Shown here: piece by piece, positions 6,803-14,140 of the stretch | How positions within the stretch are numbered: the stretch's first letter is position 1 | How the letters are laid out: each line of letters opens with the position of its first letter | NCBI GenBank assembly: GCA_046758365.1 | Contig: JBHIAC010000086.1 | Location: 1 to 14,140 of the forward strand | Length of the DNA stretch: 14,140 nt | Origin: a bacterium | GTDB lineage: Bacteria; Zhuqueibacterota; Zhuqueibacteria; Oceanimicrobiales; Oceanimicrobiaceae | Direction of reading: 5' to 3' | Program-made: the position numbers and the translations under genes | The notes under the pieces: model-generated | Told to the model about the DNA's origin: nothing | Seen by the model: only the letters and a program-made list of their open reading frames with translations | Databases searched by the model: none

Positions 6803-8152
6803 TTACGGTGTAATGTTTTTAATCGAAACTGCATTACTGTAATCTTTAACCCAAATTGCGACCCTACTTGTGAATTTGTCCGATAGTCTAGAGTATCTTT
6901 CGTTAGTACTCAAATCAAAAAAAATTTTGTCCTTATATTTTAAAACGCTCCAAACCTTAATACTATCAACGATAAAAACGTAACAGCCGTCTGGTGGGTC
7001 GAAATCTTCTTTTTTACCCACGGTAATTTTCATGGAATGCGCATAGTCGCTTAGTTTTTCCTTAAGGATCTCTGTATTTGAAATTTGACTGAGTTCCTGA
7101 ATTAGAACTGAATGTTTAAGTTTTTGTGTGGTAAATAACTCTTTTATTCCATACCATGATTCGTGATTCCATAAAATTACACCACTCAATGCTATTGTTA
7201 AAATCATTACTAATATAATTATAATAAGGACATTCTTGGATTGAAAATTATGGAATAATTTGGCAAAAGTCGATTGTTTAAGTTCTTCCGGCTTAACTTT
7301 TTTTATTGTAACAGTTTTTATGGCTTCAGAATAATTGTTCCTTTCTTTTTTTAAATCAGCCAAAAAATCAGCACTATTCTGATATCTTGTTTCCCGGTTC
7401 TTATCCAAAGCCTTGTCAACGATTCTCTGTAATCCTTCTGAAACGCCAACTTTAAATCGTGCCAAAGGTTCTGGATCAACGTAATTTATAGAGTAAGATA
7501 TTGCAGCTTCATATTCACCTCTGAATGGTAACTGTCCTGTAATCATCTCATAAAGAATTACACCAAAGGAAAAAATGTCGGATTGCCGATCAACATCTGC
7601 ACTTTGGGTTTGTTCTGGGGACATATAATAAAGCGTTCCTAATGTTGATGTTTCGCTCGTCAGTTTGTTAGCCTCTTTTAACTTGGCTAGGCCAAAATCG
7701 AGGATTTTTACCCGACCGTCTTTGTCAATCATTATGTTCTCTGGTTTAATATCACGGTGAACAACGCCCTCCTGATGCGCCTTACTTAAACCTTCACAAA
7801 TCTGTATAGAAATATCTATGACATTGCTAATTGGCAGTTCTTTTTTTGCAATCAAATCCTTTAATGACTTCCCTTCAACATATTCCATTGCGATATAGGA
7901 TCTATTCTCGTATTCAGCAATTTCATAAACCGTAATTATATTAGGATGGTTCAAATTAGCAGCAGTCCTGGCTTCTCGCTTGAATCTGGCTTTGATTTTT
8001 TTGTCAGAGGTGAATTCAGGTGATAAGAACTTTAGAGCAATTTTACGCTTAAGTTCCAGGTCTTCAGCAAGGTAAACCTCACCCATGCCCCCTTCACCAA
8101 TTTTCTCAATTATCTTATAACGTGAAATCGTTTTGTTTAATATAGTCAACAT
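6803..8152 (-). CDS. Hanks-type transmembrane Ser/Thr protein kinase with a ~120-aa extracytoplasmic domain
   Basis: Motifs GEGGMGEVY, IALKFL, FKREAR, HPNII, HRDIKPENI, DFGLAK, GTLYYMSPEQ, SDIFSFG. TM segment VLIIIILVMILTIALSGVILW. AGGAGG SD upstream. No PASTA repeats visible. Confidence 0.96.
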   Translation of the reverse strand: MLTILNKTISRYKIIEKIGEGGMGEVYLAEDLELKRKIALKFLSPEFTSDKKIKARFKREARTAANLNHPNIITVYEIAEYENRSYIAMEYVEGKSLKDLIAKKELPISNVIDISIQICEGLSKAHQEGVVHRDIKPENIMIDKDGRVKILDFGLAKLKEANKLTSETSTLGTLYYMSPEQTQSADVDRQSDIFSFGVILYEMITGQLPFRGEYEAAISYSINYVDPEPLARFKVGVSEGLQRIVDKALDKNRETRYQNSADFLADLKKERNNYSEAIKTVTIKKVKPEELKQSTFAKLFHNFQSKNVLIIIILVMILTIALSGVILWNHESWYGIKELFTTQKLKHSVLIQELSQISNTEILKEKLSDYAHSMKITVGKKEDFDPPDGCYVFIVDSIKVWSVLKYKDKIFFDLSTNERYSRLSDKFTSRVAIWVKDYSNAVSIKNITP

Positions 8153-8159
8153 TCTGTCC

Positions 8160-8220
8160 CTCCTAATTTGTTAGTAAATTTATGACTTCAGATTGTCTGA
8201 AGTTCAACCCAAATTAGGAA
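8160..8220 (-). promoter_or_regulatory. Predicted mRNA stem-loop covering the kinase Shine-Dalgarno
   Basis: Outer 10-bp inverted repeat tcctaatttg (8161-8170) / caaattagga (8210-8219). Inner 8-bp inverted repeat acttcaga (8185-8192) / tctgaagt (8196-8203). The AGGA of the AGGAGG SD lies in the outer stem. Confidence 0.5.
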
Positions 8221-8276
8221 TTCATTAAGTGAGACTCAAATAACCTCGTAGATTTTACTCTTAAATGATAATAGTG

Positions 8277-9080
8277 TTAATATTTTCCTATTATCTTAAG
8301 TAATTTTTCTTTTAATTGCAACAATTTCCCATTAATCCGAATAACTTGAGTTGTTACATTGTCCTCACCGCCCCGCTCGTTAGCCAAATGAACGAGCCTT
8401 TCACAAGCCTGCTGTGGGGTTTTTGACAAAATAATACTTTTTATCTCTTTATTATCAACTTTTGCAAGTCCATCAGAGCACAGCAAGAAGTACTCTCCAG
8501 CTATTAACGGAATGTTATTGATAGCATCAACTTCGACTGTTGAGTCAACCCCCAAAGCACGCGTGAGAATGGATCGATCTGGATGAACCTTAGCTTCCTC
8601 TTCGGTTAATATACCTTGACGACGCATCTCTGCAACATGGGAATGGTCCTGAGTAAGTTGTTCGATTTTGTTTCGGTTGATAAGGTAGGCTCGACTGTCG
8701 CCTACATGGGCGATAAAGGCTTTGTCATCTTTTAAAGCCAACACAGTACATGTTGTACCCATTCTGTGAAGGTTGGGGTTGCTGGTTGCGACCTGATAGA
8801 TTTTTTCATTTGCGGTCTCAAAAGCCTTATGGAGACTTTTAGGAATATCCCCGGAAAGATTTGAAAAATAAACTTGTTGAATGATACTCACTGCCATATG
8901 GCTGGCTTCCCGACCTCCCATATGGCCTCCCATACCATCCGCAACGAGAAATAACTGTCCTGTAGGGCTAAAGAGTTTAAGACTATCTTCTGGATACTTA
9001 CCACAGTAATCCTGGTTATCTGTTCGTATTAATCCACGATGAGTATCACTGCCAAAAGTGATGGTCAACAATTGATTCAT
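8277..9080 (-). CDS. PP2C/PPM-family Ser/Thr phosphatase (Stp1/PrpC type)
   Basis: Motifs THRGLIRTDNQD, VADGMGGHMGG, MGTT, AHVGDSRAY, LTQDHS, LTRALG, LLCSDGL, GGEDNVT. Lies directly upstream of the kinase, as in prpC-prkC pairs. Confidence 0.95.
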   Translation of the reverse strand: MNQLLTITFGSDTHRGLIRTDNQDYCGKYPEDSLKLFSPTGQLFLVADGMGGHMGGREASHMAVSIIQQVYFSNLSGDIPKSLHKAFETANEKIYQVATSNPNLHRMGTTCTVLALKDDKAFIAHVGDSRAYLINRNKIEQLTQDHSHVAEMRRQGILTEEEAKVHPDRSILTRALGVDSTVEVDAINNIPLIAGEYFLLCSDGLAKVDNKEIKSIILSKTPQQACERLVHLANERGGEDNVTTQVIRINGKLLQLKEKLLKIIGKY

Positions 9081-9109
9081 TGGATAAACTTGCAGTATTA
9101 ATGATCGGA

Positions 9110-10921
9110 TTATCGATGATTTCTTGCTGTGATTCCATAAGTTTTATTTTGTAAAATCTTTTTTTTCTCTTCAAACTCCATACACTTCTGTAAAAGCTCT
9201 TTTACTGGTTTACCTTCTTTTTGATTGCGATGAATTTCCTCTCTAATTTCCTTCAATTCTATTTGGATTTTTTCTATTTCAATAACCGAAATACAGTCTG
9301 CTGCCCAGCGTTTTAAATCCATTTCATCCCATTCTTCATTGAGGGTGTTGATAATAAATGAAGACAATTCAATGTCGTTAAAATTATTTATTAATTCTGA
9401 TTCTTTAGGGCGCTTTTTTGCTTCGTAATGGTTTTTCATAAAGTGTAGAATGGGCAACATCTTGGACTCTTTTAAATTCTCAAAAATCAAGTTAGTGAAA
9501 ATAAAGTCAGCCATTCCCCATTCATGAATCAAAATCCTAATCAAATCATTTAAAGCCGCGTCTGCTTTATCTTTTTTAGATACTTGGCTCACTTCTTCGA
9601 ATTTCTGGCTAAATTTTGACCGGGCGGCCTCTCCCCGACGTTTTTGACGAACAATAGTGTCCAATTCATTCCAAAGTATTTTTTCATCAATCTCTAATTT
9701 TTCGGATACCTTTCTAAGAAGAAGACTTCGATGAATATTGTCTTTGAGCCTTGCCAAAGACTCCAATAACGAGCGAATTGATTCACTTCGTTGCTCCGAG
9801 GATTTTAAAAGCAATTGGTTCAATTTAAAATCAAAAAGAGATGTGGCTGTTTTTAAATGTTCAAGAACGACCTGATTTCCATGTTTTTTTACAAAGCTGT
9901 CTGGATCCTGTCCTTCTGGTAAGATAGCCATGAAGACTTCGAGGCCGTTCTCAATTAAAATATCTGCACCGCGTAACGCAGCGACAGATCCGGCAGTATC
10001 GCTATCGTACATTAAAACCACATTTTTGGTATAGCGGCGGATCAAACGGGCATGATCCTCAGTTAAAGAAGTACCCAGAGTTGCCACTACATTTTTAATT
10101 CCACTGCAAACGAGACTCATTAAATCTGTGTAGCCTTCTACAAAAATTACCCGATCCAGCTTTCGAATTTCATCTCGATTTTGGTACAATCCATAAAGCA
10201 GTTTCCCTTTCTCATAAACCGCGGTCTCTGGTGAATTGATATATTTGGGAGAATCATCTTCTTCATTCAGTTTACGACCACCGAAAGCGACCACACGTCC
10301 AGAAAGATTCCAAATCGTAAACATAATTCGGTCTCGAAAGCGGTCGTAGTAGCCCCCGCCTTCTTTTTGTAGAATCATACCAGCGCGAAACAGGAGCTGG
10401 AGATCAATAGATTCATTTTTGGCGTACGTAATTAAATTAGCCCATCCAGAAGGTGCATAACCCAAACTAAAGGCCTTTATCTCTTCTAATTCAAATCCTC
10501 TGTTTTTTAGATAATTTAGAGCAACTTTTCCTGCAGAAGAAAATAGCGACTCCTGGAAGAAACGGGCAGCGAACTCATTTATATAAAACATAGCCTCATT
10601 CTCTTTTACCGCGCTTTCGTCTCTCTCTTCATATTCTAAGTGGATTCCTGCACGCTGAGCCAGGAGTTTAACACTCTCAGGGAAACTGATGCCTTCATGC
10701 CGCATGAGAAAAGTAAAAACATTTCCACCGGCGCCACAGCCAAAACAATGAAAAATTTGCTTTTCAGGATTTACGCTAAAGGAGGGCGTTTTTTCGGTAT
10801 GGAAAGGACAAAGGCCAAAAAAGTTTCGTCCACTTTTCTTAAGCGTTACATAGCCCGAAACCAAGTCAACTATATCTGTGGCCTCTCGGACTTCGTGAAT
10901 TTTATGTTCTGGAATTGTCAA
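9110..10921 (-). CDS. dnaG: DNA primase
   Basis: CHC2 zinc finger CPFHTEKTPSF...FHCFGC, YYDRFRDRIMF, FGGR, PKYINSPET, Toprim motifs VEGYTD and YDSDTAG, and DPD. The TTG start overlaps the upstream stop. Confidence 0.98.
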   Translation of the reverse strand: MTIPEHKIHEVREATDIVDLVSGYVTLKKSGRNFFGLCPFHTEKTPSFSVNPEKQIFHCFGCGAGGNVFTFLMRHEGISFPESVKLLAQRAGIHLEYEERDESAVKENEAMFYINEFAARFFQESLFSSAGKVALNYLKNRGFELEEIKAFSLGYAPSGWANLITYAKNESIDLQLLFRAGMILQKEGGGYYDRFRDRIMFTIWNLSGRVVAFGGRKLNEEDDSPKYINSPETAVYEKGKLLYGLYQNRDEIRKLDRVIFVEGYTDLMSLVCSGIKNVVATLGTSLTEDHARLIRRYTKNVVLMYDSDTAGSVAALRGADILIENGLEVFMAILPEGQDPDSFVKKHGNQVVLEHLKTATSLFDFKLNQLLLKSSEQRSESIRSLLESLARLKDNIHRSLLLRKVSEKLEIDEKILWNELDTIVRQKRRGEAARSKFSQKFEEVSQVSKKDKADAALNDLIRILIHEWGMADFIFTNLIFENLKESKMLPILHFMKNHYEAKKRPKESELINNFNDIELSSFIINTLNEEWDEMDLKRWAADCISVIEIEKIQIELKEIREEIHRNQKEGKPVKELLQKCMEFEEKKKILQNKTYGITARNHR

Positions 10922-11559
10922 ATCACTTTGCTTTCAAATTTGAAATGGCCATTTTCAAGATAAAAAATAGCATAGTCACCTGCACTGGTAAACCCAATAT
11001 TTACCACCAATCTTCCATCCTTAGTTTGGTAAGAGCTTTTGCGGTGTAGATGTCCACAAAGGTGTAGTTTAGGATTTACTACTTTAAACGCTTCGGTAAA
11101 GCATCTCTGTCCGCCATGAGTCCCAAGCGGAGTCAAATCTGCCAGGCCTATGGGGCAGCCATGGGTCACTAAAATATCAACATTTTTGCCTGCCAGCTTG
11201 GCTGCGATAGCGGCTACTTCCTCATCAGTAATGTACCAAAGCTTTTTATGAGATTTTGCCCAAATGCCATTTATACCAGCAATAGTAAGATTTAAATAAT
11301 GTTTTATTATGCCATTTTTAAGTAAAATGGCAGTTCCATTCTGATTTTTAATTGTGGAAAGAAGTTCAATATCGTCGTTATTACCAAATACTGTGAGAGT
11401 ATAAACCTGTTGCGTGATAGAGTTAAAATCCCTGGCTAAAATTTCTTCAGCCGTACCCCAATCGCCTGCACACAGAAGTACATCCGGCTTTTCTAAATTA
11501 AGAATTTTATAAACCGGCTCGAGATGGCCATGTAAATCAGAAATTGCTGCGATTTTCAT
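10918..11559 (-). CDS. Calcineurin-like metallophosphoesterase (Icc-related type)
   Basis: All five motif positions are present: SDLHG, AGDW, GNND (variant), THG, CGHLH. Confidence 0.92.
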   Translation of the reverse strand: MKIAAISDLHGHLEPVYKILNLEKPDVLLCAGDWGTAEEILARDFNSITQQVYTLTVFGNNDDIELLSTIKNQNGTAILLKNGIIKHYLNLTIAGINGIWAKSHKKLWYITDEEVAAIAAKLAGKNVDILVTHGCPIGLADLTPLGTHGGQRCFTEAFKVVNPKLHLCGHLHRKSSYQTKDGRLVVNIGFTSAGDYAIFYLENGHFKFESKVI

Positions 11560-11576
11560 TCAATTTACAATAACAC

Positions 11577-13142
11577 CTAATCTTCATCTTCCTCCATAGA
11601 AGGACGATGATAGAGTTTTCTTCGAATAAATAATTCAACAATATCTCCATCTAACTTTCCAGCTTTAACTTCTTCTCGCAAAATATCTAAAGTCTTATCC
11701 AAAGGAATGGCTTTTTTGTATGGTCGGTCTGGGGAACTTAGAGCGTCATAAATATCCGCAATGCACATTATTCTAGATTGAAGAGATATTTCATTGGCCA
11801 CCATACCTTTTGGGTAGCCCGTGCCATTTAAATATTCGTGATGAGCAGCCGCATACTTGGGGATATTTTTCAAATCTTTTGTAAATGGGATTTTATTTAA
11901 AATGCTTAGAGTATGCTCTACATGGGATTGGATTTCTTTATATTCACTCTCTGTGAGATTCCCTTTTATTATTGAAAGGTTTTCATATTCATTCTGTGTA
12001 AGATAAAAACACTCTTCACCTTTGCTGTTTACATAGGTTATTTCAGCAATGTTTTTAAGTAATCTCCTATCTTCTTTACTTAAAAAGCCCGGGATGTTTA
12101 TTCGTTTGATAAATTCTAAATTATCATCAATAGTTTTTAATTCTTTTACTAATTTGGCTTCTAAATCATTTAAAATATCTGGGTCATATCTCTCTTCATT
12201 GAGCAATTTGATTTTTTGTTCTAAATAACGGTTTTTTATGCTATGCTTAATACTCTCAAAACGTTCTGAAATAGCACTAATCTGGTCCTCAGTGAGTTTG
12301 CAAGATTTTTCAAGCACGCTTTCTTTTACCCCAATTTTACCAATATCATGGAGCCAGGCTGCCATGCGAAATTCTTCTATCTCTTGAGGAGTAAAATAGA
12401 TATTACCAAGCCGGCCCTCAGTTTCTTCATTAATAGCTTGTGCAATTCGAATCGAATACTTAGCCACGCGGCCTGAATGCCCAGCCGTATGGGGACTTCG
12501 CGCATCAATAGCTTTAGCTGAATAGCGCACGAGTGAACGAAATAAATTTTTAATTTCTTCAATAAGCTTTACATTTCTTATGGCCACAGCCGCTTGAGAC
12601 GCTAATGACAATATTAAGCTTTCATATTCAGATTCAAATGGTATGACTTCACTTTGACCATTTAATGAATTAATTAACTGCAACACACCAATAATTTCAT
12701 CGGTGTGATCCCGCATGGGGACTACCAACATTGATTTTGAGCGGTAGCCCATCTTAATATCAAATTCTTTATTGAATTTATAGGCAACGGTAGGTTGGAT
12801 ATGGTATACGTCTTTTATATTTAATGTTTCTCCAGTAACAGCTACATACCCTGCAATGCTTTCCTTTGTTAACGGCAAGTAAAAAGACTTAAAAGGCTGC
12901 CTTTGTCCATTTCGCTTTTCCAGAGATGCCGTTTGAGCCACTAAAAAATTAAGCTTGCTTTGTTCTTTAATATAAAGGCTCCCACCATCGGCGTTGGTAA
13001 AATTTCGAGCCTCTTGGACGATAAGTTCGAGCAATTTATTGAGGTCATGTTCACTGGAAAGGGCGATCCCTATGGCATTGAGTTTGTGTATCTGTTCTTG
13101 AAGATTAATGTTTCCCCTAGAAGGCAGGTTAGCATTTTCCAT
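11577..13142 (-). CDS. GAF + HD-GYP domain phosphodiesterase (probable c-di-GMP PDE)
   Basis: GAF motifs ADGGSLYI, SIAGYVAVTGETLNIKDVY, FDIKMGYRSKSMLVVPM, IIGVLQLIN. HD-GYP motifs TAGHSGRVA, LHDIGKIG, HHEYLNGTGYPKG, IADIYDAL..DRPYKKA. AGGA SD upstream. Confidence 0.95.
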   Translation of the reverse strand: MENANLPSRGNINLQEQIHKLNAIGIALSSEHDLNKLLELIVQEARNFTNADGGSLYIKEQSKLNFLVAQTASLEKRNGQRQPFKSFYLPLTKESIAGYVAVTGETLNIKDVYHIQPTVAYKFNKEFDIKMGYRSKSMLVVPMRDHTDEIIGVLQLINSLNGQSEVIPFESEYESLILSLASQAAVAIRNVKLIEEIKNLFRSLVRYSAKAIDARSPHTAGHSGRVAKYSIRIAQAINEETEGRLGNIYFTPQEIEEFRMAAWLHDIGKIGVKESVLEKSCKLTEDQISAISERFESIKHSIKNRYLEQKIKLLNEERYDPDILNDLEAKLVKELKTIDDNLEFIKRINIPGFLSKEDRRLLKNIAEITYVNSKGEECFYLTQNEYENLSIIKGNLTESEYKEIQSHVEHTLSILNKIPFTKDLKNIPKYAAAHHEYLNGTGYPKGMVANEISLQSRIMCIADIYDALSSPDRPYKKAIPLDKTLDILREEVKAGKLDGDIVELFIRRKLYHRPSMEEDED

Positions 13143-13186
13143 GATGTCATCCTAAGTTAGAAAATCATAACTATCAATTGTATTAA

Positions 13187-13215
13187 AATTTAACAAAATG
13201 TTAAATTAGTGTCAA
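13187..13215 (-). promoter_or_regulatory. Putative sigma70-type promoter for the HD-GYP / metallophosphoesterase / dnaG unit
   Basis: Minus strand: perfect TTGACA (13215-13210), 17-nt spacer ending in TGT (extended -10 TGn), then TAAATT (13192-13187), about 45 nt upstream of the ATG at 13142. Confidence 0.65.
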
Positions 13216-13349
13216 GAAATTTTCTTGTCACACAATTGAGAAAACTTCATGGGTCGTGTTGTATGATTAACTATAAACGCTAAATTGTAAAATGTTTTTA
13301 AAAACGGTAAACGGATGTAGTGTTTGAGTCTCAGGTTTATTTATCCTTC

Positions 13350-14140
13350 CTAGAGGTCTTCATCCTCATCTGGTTTTATCGAGCTAAACATGGTGTTAAG
13401 CATATCTCTGTAAGAGGTTTTAGTATCAATCATATCTTTACTTAGCATTGAATTTTGATGAAGCCCATCAAGAATAAATTCCATGGTAGCCCCTAATTCA
13501 TCTTCTTTTCCATGCTCAATTATTTTCATGTAGCGATTGGCTATTCGTTCTAATCCTTTGACTTTTTCCAATTGTTTTAAATATTCTATCGAATTCATTT
13601 CATCAGAAATATCTATAGAATTATTATTTTTAAACCAATTCACCACCTCGTTGTATACGTTCTCACCTTTTTTCATTGACGAATAAGGTTCGGGGAAATA
13701 GTTAAGGAAAACGAATTTTAACGCTCTACCAATAAGGGCTTTAGCTACATTAATTTCGCCCTCTTGTTCACCTTCATACACCAATTCAACTTTTCCAGTA
13801 ATGGAAGGAAGAGCCGCATATAAATCGCAAATACGCGGAATCACTATATTTTCGTTATGTATAATTGCTCTGCGCTCGGCGTTGCTGATTAAATTTTCCA
13901 GGCTTGAGATGGTCATTCTGACGCTGACCCCAGACTTTTGATCAACAAATTCACTTTTTCGTGCTTCCACCGCTATTTGCTCAATAATCTCTCGAAAAAA
14001 GTGTGGAATATAAATTTCCCTTCCGCTATCCCGATTTTCCCACGCTTCTTGAGCCGTGATATGTAATCCATCTTTCAAATCTCTAGGATAATGGGTTAAA
14101 ATTTGGGAGCCGATGCGATCTTTTAAAGGCGTAATGATGT
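13350..14140 (-). CDS. Mg-chelatase ChlI-like / MoxR-related AAA+ ATPase, C-terminal part (5' end outside the window)
   Basis: The frame stays open to the right edge (IITPLKDRIGSQILTHYPRDLKDG...), so the TTG at 14078 is internal. PLKDRIGSQILTHYP and DQKSGVSVRMTISSLENLISNAERRA match the arginine-finger/sensor-2 region of this family as I recall it. Walker motifs would lie outside the window. Confidence 0.8.
   Translation of the reverse strand, partial: IITPLKDRIGSQILTHYPRDLKDGLHITAQEAWENRDSGREIYIPHFFREIIEQIAVEARKSEFVDQKSGVSVRMTISSLENLISNAERRAIIHNENIVIPRICDLYAALPSITGKVELVYEGEQEGEINVAKALIGRALKFVFLNYFPEPYSSMKKGENVYNEVVNWFKNNNSIDISDEMNSIEYLKQLEKVKGLERIANRYMKIIEHGKEDELGATMEFILDGLHQNSMLSKDMIDTKTSYRDMLNTMFSSIKPDEDEDL

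Noticed and set aside
6803..9080. Kinase/PP2C pair as a T6SS (PpkA/PppA), PknB/PrkC cell-wall, or anti-phage kinase system
   Set aside because: No T6SS core, FHA, PASTA or defence-associated genes are in the window, so no gene symbol is assigned.
10640..13160. ORFs 10640..10963 (+), 12377..12562 (-) and 12960..13160 (+)
   Set aside because: They overlap the conserved dnaG or HD-GYP coding regions in other frames or on the other strand.
14076..14078. TTG start proposed by the ORF track for the ATPase
   Set aside because: The frame is open to the window edge and conserved-looking sequence (PLKDRIGSQILTHYP) lies upstream, so the gene is 5'-truncated.

Overview
Bacterial chromosomal segment, AT-rich, with all ten credible CDSs on the minus strand. 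The style of the kinase, PEGA and FG-GAP proteins suggests an FCB-group or KSB1/Calditrichota-like organism (inference only). In transcription order (right to left): (1) the 3' part of a Mg-chelatase/MoxR-like AAA+ ATPase; (2) a sigma70-type promoter overlapped by two palindromes; (3) a GAF + HD-GYP phosphodiesterase; (4) a calcineurin-like metallophosphoesterase overlapping dnaG by 4 nt; (5) where rpoD often follows dnaG, an accessory five-gene module made of a PP2C phosphatase, a membrane Hanks-type Ser/Thr kinase with a small non-PASTA outer domain, a secreted NTF2-like protein, a PEGA protein with a C-terminal hydrophobic/Pro tail, and a 501-aa exported unknown; (6) a >909-aa secreted beta-helix + 7x FG-GAP + ASPIC/UnbV + Ig-like protein that runs off the left edge and is missing from the ORF track. 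The best candidate for an undescribed system is the five-gene kinase/PP2C/NTF2-like/PEGA/unknown envelope module. Every large spacer carries palindromic structure, including a stem that covers the kinase Shine-Dalgarno, inverted heptamer arrays, and a pair of inverted, diverged ~56-bp hairpin elements showing a compensatory change. No rRNA, tRNA, CRISPR array or transposase was seen.
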